From NCBI GenBank assembly GCA_002633005.1, contig NMRA01000061.1, positions 262,957 to 326,956 of the forward strand: a DNA stretch of 64,000 nt, given 5' to 3'. Both the position numbers and the translations under genes were made by a program. Positions 13,916 through 25,868 of the stretch are shown piece after piece. Origin of the DNA: Phoronis australis (Eukaryota > Animalia > Phoronida). The first letter of the stretch is position 1, and every line of letters begins with the position of its first letter. Under the pieces are notes generated by a model. That model did not search any database and was not told the origin of the DNA. It saw only the letters and a program-made list of their open reading frames with translations.

Positions 13916-14520
13916 GTAGACCATCCATGATCATGTTGATGAGGATGAGTGAGATATAGCCACTCTGAGGTGTGTCCCTGGTGGTAAGAACCGTTGGTGG
14001 TGTGAACTGTCTTACTGACACCTTCCACACGGGCAGTCACGGAATGACTTCTGAACATGTTGACGATCCACCTAGTAAGATCCTTATTCACTTTGAAGTG
14101 GTTTGGTACTGCTCGGATCGCACCATGCTTAATATTTCTAAAAGCACTTGCAGGGTCACTGAAGAGACAGAGGGCAAGTTGTTGAGTATTAAAAACGTTC
14201 CTTTCCAGTCTAGCAACCATGTTAAACTAATAGGCCTAAGGGGTTCAGCTAACAGGTACGACTTCTTGCCTGATTTACGGATGAAGACTATTCTGGCCTT
14301 TATCCATGTTTTTGGGCAACAGCCTAATCGGAGACTGGCTTGTATGAATATGGAATCATGATGCCCCGGTCTCCTGCACATCATTTTTAGTTCTGGGGAA
14401 TTCCATGGTTTGTATGACTTAAAAGACAACTCCACAAGCTGTAGTGTAGCAACATCATCGTTAGCCAATGGTTCACACTCCATGGATTCCGTAACTTCGA
14501 AACGTTGACTAGACAGGTTT
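13916..14520 (-). pseudogene. Degenerate LOA/R1-group LINE, 5' RT part
   Basis: ASLRLG..PKTW..ARIVFIRKSGKKSY....LRPISLT; ALCLFSD..SAF; WIVNMF; TPQSGYISLILINMIMDGL. Confidence 0.75.
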
Positions 14521-15623
14521 AAGCTACTGGATAGCAAGTTTAGAAAATATAAGTGACTAATAACAACATATTTGAAGTAATCAAAGCCCCAAACCCTTGC
14601 TTCAAGTGATGAAAATGCCGTGTGGTTTCCACACGCTGGAATCGCTAGCGCACGTTGCACTTAAAAAGATACTAAACCCTGTTTTGATGATTTACACCAA
14701 TCTCGTTCTTTCACCTGCTATTGCATCATATGCGTTACTCTTTCAAGGAATCAACTAAAAACTCAGATTTGAAATTAGGGTCCTTTTCCCACAGCTGTGG
14801 AATTCGCTAAAACATAAAAAAGCGTAGGTCACGCTTGCCCGTTTAGCAGACTTTGAAAGGAGTTTTCAAACTTTTGAGGGATGTCGACGGTTGCGCTCAC
14901 GTAAACATACTATCTGGTGAACTTCGGACAACCTTGGGGACTAACGGGACATTATAAGTCAAGTAACAACATGCTTAAAGACAAATTTCGTTCCCGGTTC
15001 CAAAAATAAGACAAAATACAAATTCCCTTTAGAGGAATGCAACAGGCCGAAGATCCCGAAGGTGGCTATAGTCAAAAGTCAACAATCTTCGGGAAACAGG
15101 CCTCGGGGTAAGAAAATATTTTATGGGGGGTGTCTGAGAAAGATTCGTATTGTTAAAAACAAATGTAAGTTAGCATGGCCTTTTCCGCGTGGTGTGTTAT
15201 ATCAGCGACTTCCGGATTTATGCGCGTATTGTTCTGCCATGGTCAGTTGCAAGGCACAGGTATGAAAGAGTGTAATACACACCTCTCACAACATCACGTT
15301 GATACGAAATCCGCCACTGCATTGCACAAAAACACGCTGACATTTCATAAAAGTGCTTGTACGAGTGTCTTAGCTGCCGTCAGACATACGACTATCTGGC
15401 CTTTGACAAAACGTACGCACGACGGAATCTATTCACGACATTATGCGGCTTTCAACTAGACACTCAGTTGTCCATGCTTGAAACAAACGTCCTGCTTAAG
15501 TCAACTAATTAATGCAGTAACGTAATGATTATAGGCGATTAACTCACCTGGGCTCGGTAGTGGCTAATGAGTTTTCCATCCAGATTATTGATTAAACTTC
15601 AGTTGTTGACAGTCCGTCAGTGA

Positions 15624-15859
15624 CATGCACGCATCCAGGGGGGCTCGGGGACTCAAGCGAGCCCCCCACTTGGCGAAGTGGGCAGAAATGTCCGTCTCAG
15701 AAAAAAAAGTCCTAAAAGTATAAAACTAGCCAAAGGCAGGAACTACCGAAATTTGGCGAATGCGCAATTCACACCTCCGAACGTACCCCGTTTTTTTAAG
15801 TAAAAGGTCCACATTCTCAAAAATTCGAGACCCCCATTTTTAGGCTGGGTGTGCGCATG
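15624..15859. mobile_element. 236-bp GC-ended MITE with 5-bp TSD AGTGA
   Basis: TIR CATGCACGCATCCAG / CTGGGTGTGCGCATG; AGTGA on both sides. Confidence 0.7.
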
Positions 15860-15960
15860 AGTGACAAGTTTAGAAAAGAGTCAGTCTGGGTTTGGAGTCC
15901 CATAGAGTTTCATGTCTACAGCCTGCACTAGAAGACTCAAACTACTTTGATTACATATAA

Positions 15961-16531
15961 AGAGACATGGAACGCGTTAAATAGGCTTAATTACTCTATG
16001 TAAAGTGATTCTCTGCCACTGAAACAGAAGACAACCTGCGCAGCAGGTATTTTTATGGTTTGTTCTTAAAGACTTTGAATTTCTGTTGATGTCAAAGCAT
16101 TTTTCCAGTTTTCAAATTTCAAAAAACTATCTTTCAACTGCTCGTCACTTAGTCGATTTTTCTCCCACAAGGCAAAACACGTCTCCTTATTTGGTACGGC
16201 AAGGCAGAGACGTAGCACATTTTCCTTATATGGAAAACGTGACTTTTAACGTTTGATGTAAACAAAACAATGGCGACTTCAAGTTGCAGCCAGTTCGACT
16301 TCTTTGAGTGCATACGCGCATATATATCATTAGAGGCGGAGAATTTGAAACTGAATTGGGATGAAATTGTTTATATTTCGCCATTTTTTCAAAATAGTGA
16401 ATACGACGATTTTTTCCAGAAATTCTTGCCATATTCAAAGTGAATAACTTCCACGTTATAATACCCAAGAAGTAGATTCTCCACGATCATTTTAAAAGGT
16501 ATTTTTACGACTTTTTGCGTTCCATGACTCT
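15961..16531. mobile_element. ~570-bp non-autonomous element with 15-bp TIRs (AGAGACATGGAACGC), Kolobok-like ends
   Basis: TIR pair with 1 mismatch, ATAA/TTAA-like flanks; inverted homolog at ~560-1030; related left end at 35746. Confidence 0.7.
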
Positions 16532-16785
16532 TAATGTTACGAAGATGTCAACGTCCATGTCCCTTGACACGATGATAGCACAACCCTCTATAAGGTAACA
16601 GGTCCCGGGGGCGCTGATAGGGGCCATTACCATAGTTCGGCCGGGATCATAGCTCAAAAAATTAAAGGCGAAGGCAACCTTTTTCCATGTCATTTTGAGC
16701 TAAAATAAGGTTGGTTGGTTATCCTAGACATATTTTCCACTTAATTACAGCTTTTCGTAATTTTATTAATTACTCGTCCGCTACT

Positions 16786-16823
16786 CCGGAAGTGACGTTT
16801 TAGGAGGCAAGCGCTTCCCGCCA
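16786..16823 (+). promoter_or_regulatory. ETS-CRE overlap (CCGGAAGTGACGT) and E2F-like (TTCCCGCC) motifs inside the TIR, mirrored at ~18202-18239
   Basis: Motifs read directly; function inferred. Confidence 0.4.
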
Positions 16824-16930
16824 ATTTCTTTTCACATAGTCTGACTGTGAGAGCTGCCGAGTCAGTCATTGTTCTACCTCGGTTGTGTTAAGTTCCGTCG
16901 TCGTTCGCTTTCATTTACTAGTCAGTCAAC

Positions 16931-17938
16931 ATGCCACACTGTTGCTGCGTACCGGGATGTAGTAATTATCGGCTCACGCGCGCTTTGGGAGTGCCTTTGC
17001 ATCGCTTTCCGATGGATGACACACTTCGCCGTACTTGGCTCGTTCGTGTGAAGAACGCAGCGTTACCCGTCCACGCAACGTACAAAGCAGTGGAGAATTA
17101 CCGTGTGTGTGGCAAGCACTTTCTGCCGTCCGATTACGAAAGGGATTTGTACGCTGAACTGATGAAGGTCCCCGCGAAACAACGCTTGAAGAAGGATGCC
17201 ATTCCGTCTGTGTTGATTCCCGGCAGTGCCCCGTCGCCACCCCCGAGAAGTGCGTTTTTGAAGCGAGAAGCCTCGCGAGCTGTGGCCAGTACAGTGACTG
17301 GAGCCAGTGGAGGCACTTCATCTACTGTCACCCGTGCCTCCGAACGTACCCCAGAGCGTGCAATTCCTGGAACCAGTAGTGATTCGCCCTGTGCTGTTTT
17401 CTCCAGCCCAGAGCCTCTAAGCAGCCCTGCAGCGATATTGAGTAGTGGGAGTGATTACAGGCTCAGTTCGACACCCAGTGAAGAGGACAGTTCGTCGTCC
17501 AGTGAACAGATCGGTGAGCCAAACTTTGATAAGTTTATTGTGGACTTGTCTAAAGTGTTGGAGCTATTTAGAAGGTGCCAGGTGTGTGGCGAGGGAGTCA
17601 CACGACACGATGTAAGCAGTTTGGGTGCTCAGGTCACCATCCAGTGGGAGTGTGTCGCGGGACACTCTGGCAAGTGGGACAGTTGTTCCTCTGTCCGTGG
17701 TATGCCGGAGGTCCACTTAACCATGTCCAGTAGTGGCTTGGCCTCGTCGAACTCTGAACAGCACAAGCATTCCATTGAGGTAGGCATAACAACGCACACA
17801 GTGCATTTGCACCAAGATGTGTCACCACGTCTGTCCTCAGTAGCCGCCTCGTTTCTCTCAACAGCTGCCTGTGCCTGTGTGTACTCTGCCTCGTTGCACT
17901 CGGGCTCAAACATGTACCCACCCACTGAATGTCCGTGA
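16931..17938 (+). CDS. THAP-domain protein: truncated Kolobok transposase (THAP + CxxC..C..GH..W zinc module), with C-terminus read from antisense KolX
   Basis: MPHCCCVPGCSN..LHRFP..W..VCGKHF..DAIPSV is a complete C2CH THAP domain; KFIVDLSKVLELFRRCQVC..CVAGH..W is typical of Kolobok transposases; recognisable similarity stops at ~17730. Confidence 0.85.
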   Translation: MPHCCCVPGCSNYRLTRALGVPLHRFPMDDTLRRTWLVRVKNAALPVHATYKAVENYRVCGKHFLPSDYERDLYAELMKVPAKQRLKKDAIPSVLIPGSAPSPPPRSAFLKREASRAVASTVTGASGGTSSTVTRASERTPERAIPGTSSDSPCAVFSSPEPLSSPAAILSSGSDYRLSSTPSEEDSSSSSEQIGEPNFDKFIVDLSKVLELFRRCQVCGEGVTRHDVSSLGAQVTIQWECVAGHSGKWDSCSSVRGMPEVHLTMSSSGLASSNSEQHKHSIEVGITTHTVHLHQDVSPRLSSVAASFLSTAACACVYSASLHSGSNMYPPTECP

Positions 17939-18030
17939 AAAAATTCCTCGTCACCACTGCTGTGAACAAGGTCTCCATCACTCACACTACTGTCACTGTG
18001 ATACGGGTCACCGACTCCAGCCATTTTCAT
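17629..18030 (-). CDS. KolX-like / P2X7 intracellular (ballast)-like Cys-rich protein, C-terminally truncated
   Basis: GYMFEPE..RRGDTSWCKCTVCVVMPTSMECLCCSE matches the YxFEP..WCxCxxCxxMPTxxECxCCxE pattern. Confidence 0.75.
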   Translation of the reverse strand: MKMAGVGDPYHSDSSVSDGDLVHSSGDEEFFHGHSVGGYMFEPECNEAEYTQAQAAVERNEAATEDRRGDTSWCKCTVCVVMPTSMECLCCSEFDEAKPLLDMVKWTSGIPRTEEQLSHLPECPATHSHWMVT

Positions 18031-20859
18031 CTTACAACACACTAAACAATCCCTAAATCCAACGTAGTTGAGTTCTCTACTAACCTATCTTGCCGCAGAA
18101 TACTCGCCGATGGAAAGTGGTGGCGACAATTGTTGAAAAACAGCACAAAACAAAAGTAGAACAGAACAGATTCGCTCGGTAAACTCAACGCAAAACCAAA
18201 ATGGCGGGAAACGCTTGCCTCCTAAAACGTCACTTCCGGAGTAGCGGACGAGTAATTTATAAAATTACGAAAAGCTGTAATTAAGTGGGAAATATGTCTA
18301 GGATAACCAACCAACCTTATTTTAGCTCAAAATGAAATGGAAAAAGGTTGCCTTCGCCTTTAAGGTTATATAGGACACCACCGACAAGTTTGAATAAGCT
18401 GACCAAATGCCTACAAAACTCGAATTTAATTCGGTAAAAATATTTTCTGAAAGTAGGAACCATGTAGAATTCGACTGATTACTTGGCACACAAGTCTAAA
18501 TAGCGGTTTGGAGAACAGTCCATAAAGGACGGATATTCAGAAGTTTTAGGTGTTGATTCCAACTGTCTATGGAAAACCGTTTCTTGCACTCATGCGAACG
18601 TTGCAGCGCCGAGTTAAATGAGTTACTAGAAAGAAATCGATGCTCGTTATCAAATTAAGAGACCAATAAAAAGTGGCATGCTCTTATTCAGGAGATATAT
18701 GTTTGTATTTTGCTAACTATAATTGACATTCAAGGGTTATTGTGAATTCATTTACGCCGGCGACCTCATGCTTGTCAGTTAGCTGAGTAGATCTAAGAGA
18801 ATTCCCTCGAGTAAAGAGATCCTGAGAAATGACTTGTATTGGCCTTTGAACATGAGAATGCGAGAAGTTGCGCCGTGTTTGAGAATACGTCAGTTTTTGT
18901 GACACAAAGTTTTAGGCGAAACTTGCGGGATAGCTGATTTGGTAATTTATAGGGAAATATCGAAAGCGTATTCATGAAGGAATATATGTAGATGAATTTG
19001 TTGATGTCTACCGGCAAATTTGTTCTCACGCCCTTAAAACAATTAATCATTTCTGTTGTACAAAGTAGCGACAACGGCATGGGAATAAACAACTGGACCG
19101 TAATATATATTCGCCAGTCGACGTTTTCCCTTGCACTCACACGGCCAATACGACAACCACCGGCGGATAAATGCAAAAAATTGTATGCAACGTTCGAATA
19201 CACGTTGGCTCGGTGGCCCGGGGCCAGCGGATTTGCGGCCAGGCCAGTAACTTTTTAAAGTTACTGGCCCGGCGGGCGGCCCTATGTGGATATGCTCTCA
19301 TATTCAATAAATTCAAAAAAGGTCTATTAACTAGTTTTGTTTGCCTCTCACCTCTTGAACGCCAACGAGTTTACTTTTGAACCTTGTGGGAAATAAATCC
19401 TCACCTAGAGTTAGTCGCAAAACAAATAGGGTTCTCAAGCGCATGCGCATTTAGCGTAAATGGAAAAAAGCGTAGTTAGAATGATAAAAGCAGGACCAGC
19501 AACTTGGCAGCTGGGCTAGTAGCTTTTTAAACTAACTGACCCGGCGGGTCAGCACATTTATTTGCTGAAGTTCGAACACTGGCTGTAGGGTGACTTTTTA
19601 TTTTTAATTTATTTTCATTTTTTGTAATACAATAAAAGAGGGTGTCTGTATCAGTGAAAACACTGTTTTGCAAGAGAGCTCTCGAATACAACTGGGAATG
19701 CAGTGTAATACAGCGAAGCAATACTCCATATACAACAAAATACAATACAAAAATTAAGCAAAGATAAGCATTGGATTTGAAAGATGCGATAATGGACTAT
19801 AAGACACTATCGATAATGTCCGAAAATCGCATTCTGAGGATTCTTGTTAGATGGGAGAGACTTCTAGGAGTTATAACTTTTACCAGAGTTATAGAACAAT
19901 AACATTGGTTGTGTTTGAGATTTTATTATAAATCACTAGTTCTCGACCGCCATTGTCTGTCAGAAATTCGTCGCCGGGTATCTTATTATTCTTGTGGGAT
20001 TTGGCTAAGCAGGAGAGCGGGCGCAGTCCGGACTCAATAACTTTTACTCTGACCGACGTATTTGAAGAGATACCGTTAAGAAATAAATTTGACCATCAAT
20101 AATTATTGTAGGAACGTTATTTACGTACGCAACCCCCNCCCCCCCCCCCCCATCACCCAACGTCAGATCTGAACGGTCCAAATGATCACACTACTGACTG
20201 CTTTTTGCGCTTTTCATCTCATTAAATAAACCAAATGACTGAATCATTACGCATGAGCAGTACGAAGCCGAATGGCCAAAAGAATGGTGGCCATGTACAT
20301 GCAAATGTTTGCGTAATCTCTTCAAACCAGAAAATAAAACCATTCACGCCAACCGCCTTGCCAAACCTTAGGTTGATATATTTCAAAACGTATTGGTTGA
20401 GAAACAACACCAGCACGTCTGTTATAGTTGCCGGTGGACAAAAATAATGTACAATGCTCAATGTTTTGAACTTGGATGGGAAACTGATAATGGAAAACAT
20501 GATAACATTTGACAATGTTACGCAACATGCTCTTTGGTTACTCATGTTACTAATTAAGAACTAATTAAGGTAATGGTTTTCCTGACAGTATCTAAAACTA
20601 TAGAGAGAATCAGGTATTTGTGTATATCGAAGTCAAACTTGGTAAAATCATTTACCTGGCCGTCGTCATGAAATTATTAACTTTGACAGTGTGTGAAAGT
20701 CAATGATTAATCTATTATTTGATTACTTCCGCTACACAACTCATGAAAGGAAGCCATCTTTGGACTTTCAATCACTTTTTGATGTGTTACTCAGTCGGTC
20801 AGTCAACTAACACTTTAAGCCAAAATTGAAAATGTTGTGGAGAGATTTTAAAGATATGC

Positions 20860-21150
20860 TTTCATTTACATTCACCAATTTAAAACAAAGGATGAGTTTC
20901 GTCATTAGAAAGATTTCACTAAAATATAAACATTTCGTAAATTTTTAGCCCAATTTGTGATTGCCTTATTTTACTAGTTAACTTTTTAAAGTTTCCACGG
21001 AAACTTCATTACATTGCATATGGCTCGGCAGTTGAGTGCGTACCCATAATGCATGAGTCAGCTGACACTCACTAAGGCGATCATTATTTTTAGGCGGTGG
21101 TGCACCGCTAAAAATAATAATTAAACTAAAAAAATCATATTAAATTTAGT
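20860..21150. repeat. Dispersed repeat; inverted copy at ~30160-30460 and partial copy at ~23045-23160
   Basis: CATAATGCATGAGTCAGCTGACACTCACTA versus TAGTGAGTGACAGCTGACTCATGCATTATG; GAAAGAT.TCACTAAAAT shared. Confidence 0.7.
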
Positions 21151-21337
21151 TTGGAGTTGTGCTCAATGAGCATTATTTGGGCTTAGGTTTTGACTGAACT
21201 AGCTTGCGTTAAAACCGGTTTTATCAAGTTTTTAACTAAAATGAAGCGGTACTACAGAGCATCTTTACTAAAAAAACTTCCAGGAGGTGCTCGAAATGGA
21301 CAAATTAACAATCGATTATATTTTGGGAAAGACACCA

Positions 21338-21727
21338 GGGTCCGGGGTTTAATCTTAGTTCTCGAAATCGAAGTCGATTTTAATTATGTTTGGCATGTTC
21401 TATTCAACTTTTGTGCTAACTCAAGATAAGTTTCCATTAGTCTGTGCTCGAGTACATGATGATGTATGCAAGTGAGTTTCTAGCCCAAGTTTACACTTGA
21501 TGATCCCTATATTCGTACTACAAACTCGTGTAAAATCTCTGAGATTTCGAGTAAGAACTCAAAATTTCAGTCGAGGTCATCAAGTGCCAACTAAGATTAT
21601 AAACGTAAGCCATTATGTACTCGAGCATACAATAGTCACTTATCTTGAGTTAGCACAGAAGTAGAACAGAAAATGCTAAAAATAATTTCAAGTTCCATTT
21701 CCAGTAAGAAGATTAGATCACGGGCTC
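21338..21727. mobile_element. Second copy of the foldback MITE
   Basis: Shares AACTCAAGATAAGT, TGCTCGAGTAC, GGTCATCAAGTG and AAGATTAGAT..CGGGC with 10804-11189. Confidence 0.7.
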
Positions 21728-24700
21728 ATGCCCCACTGAAGTTATACAATGGCCACTTTTAAAACAATCGACCACGTCATTTGGTTATGCAATCGTAAGC
21801 TTATGCAATCGTAAGCTACAGTCTACACGCGCCATGCGTCATACACCTGCCGCGCGTAGGGTTAAAAATGGCCATGAACGAAGGTATTTATTCGAGTTAG
21901 AAAGAATTAAAGACATCGACGGCCTCCTAAGGTGTCCCTCTTTGCGCAAAAGGTACTTATAACAAGGTGACTTTGATTTCTTCATCAGTGTGAGGCATAG
22001 TTAACCGAAATGTTTCCGGCGTATAAAACGCCCACAGGAGCTTCACCGTCTGTATTTCAACTAGAGACGGTGGTCACTGTCTAATTTTAGTTGTGCCTTA
22101 ACTTGTGCGCCTGTTGAAGATAAAATTTATAATTTGAGCAAGCGACCCCTATATCAAAGCCAAGAAATACGTCTCCAGTTTAAATGATGGAAATTAATAA
22201 AATTAGCCTTCTACTTAGGTTTAATTTGCATTGTTGTAGCTTATTTAAACACTTAATCCAGAATTTAATTGAAAGAACTGGCGTATCTTATGTATGGTCT
22301 TCTTGACATCGTGTGCTACCCTTAGTTGAAGCATAACGAACACTCGGCTTTTGGTTGAAATTTCTCGGAGTCTTATCACACGTTGAGTCGCGAGAAATCA
22401 CCTATTGGCAACTGCACAATTTCGCAGTAGGCTTACGTTCGTAGCCAGCAAAAATCCCGGCCCGTGGTTCTTCGATTATAAACCGTTATTTTACGCAACC
22501 ACAGTTTAAATATATTCAAACTGACACTAAACTATGTCGAGGGCACTCAAATAATATTCGTGGGCTTGCGAAGTCAGAGCTTTGGAATTGCTTCGGGAGC
22601 GTCGGACTTCCGGTAAAAATCCGGATGTGTACGAAGGTCGTCTGCCATGAACGTCACAAAATAGCCTTCTTGATTTTATGATTTTTGGTATTTTTGACAT
22701 TTTTGTCGTCAAATCACCACTCAAATGCAATTTGATGTGAGAGTCAAGTGAATTAAAGACGGTACAAAGGTTTGTTACATGTTGATTTCGTGGATAGCCA
22801 TGCACATTTCAGTAAAAAATTATGAGCGAACCGATTTTTATAGTGTCCAGCCTTCATGTTTTATTATACAGTGAATGACGTAAGTGGTGATCGAGGAACA
22901 GATACATGTACACTCAGTTGTCTGTGCCTTGATGGACGTTTTCGTCAACCGAGAGGTGTGTAGTTTACGTTTATTAAATACAAAAGTGACGCCAGAATCC
23001 GGTTGACTTAAAGTCACTATTTCCTTTACTTTCGCCTGCTTAGATCACCAATTGAGCTTTGCCAATCGAAAGATATCACTAAAATTAACTCTTTTCGTAA
23101 ATTACAGCCATGTACATACTCTCGTTATTTTACTATTAATTTTTTAAATTTATAAAAAGTNTTAAAAATGCTTAACTTTGAAGGACTTAGTTTGGTGACG
23201 TTCTCGTGGCGCAATGGTAAAGTAACAGACCCCTCCACAGCGGACTCTGAACATCAAATATTAACCTGCAGACGTCGGAAGTGTGATCGCATGAACATAT
23301 CTATCTGCAGAAATAATACGGCGAATATAACTGCACGGAAATCAAGCCCTTCGAAAGAACTCGTTCAATCGAAGATTCGACAATTTACGATTCGTTTGTC
23401 ACATCTCTGCATTTTTTGAGAACTCGTGAATTGAAACGTTCTCTTGGCTGATTGGCTGATTATCTGACATTCGGGTCACTATATGACGTCATTAAGTCAA
23501 AAAACTGAGAGTTGGAGATGACAGAAGATTTGATTCGTTGCAATTAGGGTAAATTAAAAAGAGACGAAACATAACTAGTGAGACCCTAAATATGTCAAGG
23601 GAATTCAATTTGGTTAGTACTAACACACTGAACAATAATTTTCTTCCCATTGTTTTGGTTTATGCCCATTTCACCAATGATCGGTGAAAAGCCCTCCGAT
23701 GGTCCTTCAGCTCTGTTTAAGACCTGAGTATTGGCTATTCGTAAATTAGAAACTATTGAAGTGGCATAGAACGTGAAAAACATTATTCAAAGTGGTTCTC
23801 TGTCACTAAAACATTTTTTATGAAACGCAATAGCCCGAGAAAAGAATAACTTTTTCACAGACATATTGGTTCTTTCGAAGCAACGTTATAACGCTAAATT
23901 ATAGTTTGTGATGTGGACTGAAATTGGTTACCCGGTACAATAAATTACGCAGAATTCCCCTAACGGCCATACACTGCACATGCTTGGCTACTGAAACTAA
24001 ACAGCTATAGCTTTGACATCATTTCTAATCATAGTAAAGCATTCGCTGAGGTCGTGCTTATAACGGTTTCACAGTAAAGTAACTTATTTTTTATTCAAGG
24101 TGAGTTACAGTGTCTCTTAAAATAGGCTGTTCATTATAGAAATTCTCTTTCCCACCATTTCAAGCATAGCTCCCAAGCACTGCTTCTATCTTCCATTGGG
24201 TTTCTTTACATACAGTTACAGAACGTGTGTATGAATTTTTGAAGGCAGACAAGGGCAATCGGAATTAGTTGCAAGAACCCCATTTGCATCCTAGTTTGGC
24301 ATATAAAAACAGACTTTGTGGCCAGTTTTTACACAACAATGACGAGCTCGACTCATGGAACAGAGGTGAACGAATAACAGCTTCCATCGACAATCCGTCA
24401 ATCACTTCTTGTAAAGACAATGGGAGAGCACGACGACGTTTTTCACAGCCCTGAAGGTCAGACGCACCGAAAACTGAATGGATTCAAGCGAAACGGTTAA
24501 AACTTTTAATTTAGACCACTTATCGTTATGAAGATGATCCCAAACTGTCGATTGTCAAAATAGATGAGATTTCCGGGCTTGGAGAAGACTATAAGAGTTC
24601 GTTGATTTGTCATGGCGTCTTGAGTAATAACAGTTCATTGCTATACTTCAACAAAAACTTACCACTGCGTGTGTACTTTGACATGTTTGTGTTTCCCGGT

Positions 24701-25868
24701 AGACGTCCTCGCTTCGTAACGTATTTAGCGACGTTCCAAACCTAATTGAGTAGAAAAAATGTACCTCAGTCTGCATGAGAACAAAACAACAACAAGTACT
24801 GAAGTTGTTACGGTAACTACAGAGGTTACGAATTGTACGTCATGTATATTACTAATTGATACTGTGTGAGCGAAAGTGATGTACGCAATTACCTTAGTCA
24901 TTATATCTCCGGTGCGGACCTATCATTTCGAAAAATTATGATAATTACAGCCTTTTTGTCGGACGTCATAACTGCTGCACAATTATAGCAAATGTTACAC
25001 TTTTAAAGCGTTTTGGTCAATTTTTATGGAATTTCAAGTCTGTCAGTAGGTAACGCGTGCAGATTTTACACGTGCAAGTGAACACGTTCTGGTTTTGCAC
25101 GTTTACACGTTAAGCGAACTTTAAGTTGATACGGCTTCCGATTCCCGATTCAATGAACGAATGCAGTACATTCACAAGATGACGTCATTGATCGCGTAAT
25201 TAATTCGCACCCCTGGACTAACGTGTAAAATGCATACTTGTGCACAAGAATGGCAGGGGCTTTAAGTCCACAGCAACTCCCGGCGATGTCACTGTGTAAT
25301 AAGGACTGTCGTATGGTAGGCACGTACTTCATGTCAATCGACCTGGGGTTTTAAGCGCCTTTCGGGATGGACTGAAATGCGTTCAGCGGTCGCGTTAACT
25401 CGTCTTCGCAGCGCATTAACCCGTTCCAAAATAAACTGCTTAAGAAGTAACGCCCCTTTCATACTCTTCAGGATAATCTCACAAAGTAATGATAAAATAA
25501 GACGGTTGTTTCACCTCGAGAAATTTAGATTCAAGACACTATTGATATCACATTTGCCAGAAATTTGTACAGTAAAACGAATTTAATTTGGCGAGTTAAC
25601 TGTTCAAAAGCAAAAGTCACAAAATGGCGGCCTGTCATATCTTAACCCTAATCGGGTCGGTTCCAGTCTATTTCGCCACCCACGTTCACCACAGTCATGC
25701 ATCTCTCAGGCATACTCCCAATTAAGCGCTGAATCCTGAGTTGGGGGATTGCTGCCCACTCCAGTTCCAACGACGCGAGAGATCTCGTATAATGTGGTCT
25801 GGTTTGTGAAACATCTCCGTGTCTGTGGCCTGCGTACGTCGACAGTGCCTGGCGAATGCCGGCTTACC

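Larger units (their letters stand above)
16666..18359 (+). mobile_element. Kolobok-superfamily DNA transposon, internally deleted (non-autonomous)
   Basis: TTAA at 16662-16665 and 18360-18363; AG..CT termini; near-identical ~160-bp TIRs (16666-16827 / 18198-18359); THAP ORF on + and KolX-like ORF on - in tail-to-tail orientation; no DDE domain. Confidence 0.9.

Noticed and set aside
16931-17938. Domesticated host THAP transcription factor or P-element transposase
   Set aside because: Lies within TIRs with a TTAA TSD (not the 8-bp TSD of P elements) and is paired with a KolX-like gene
20222-20545. Overlapping short ORFs
   Set aside because: No recognisable motif or convincing splice structure
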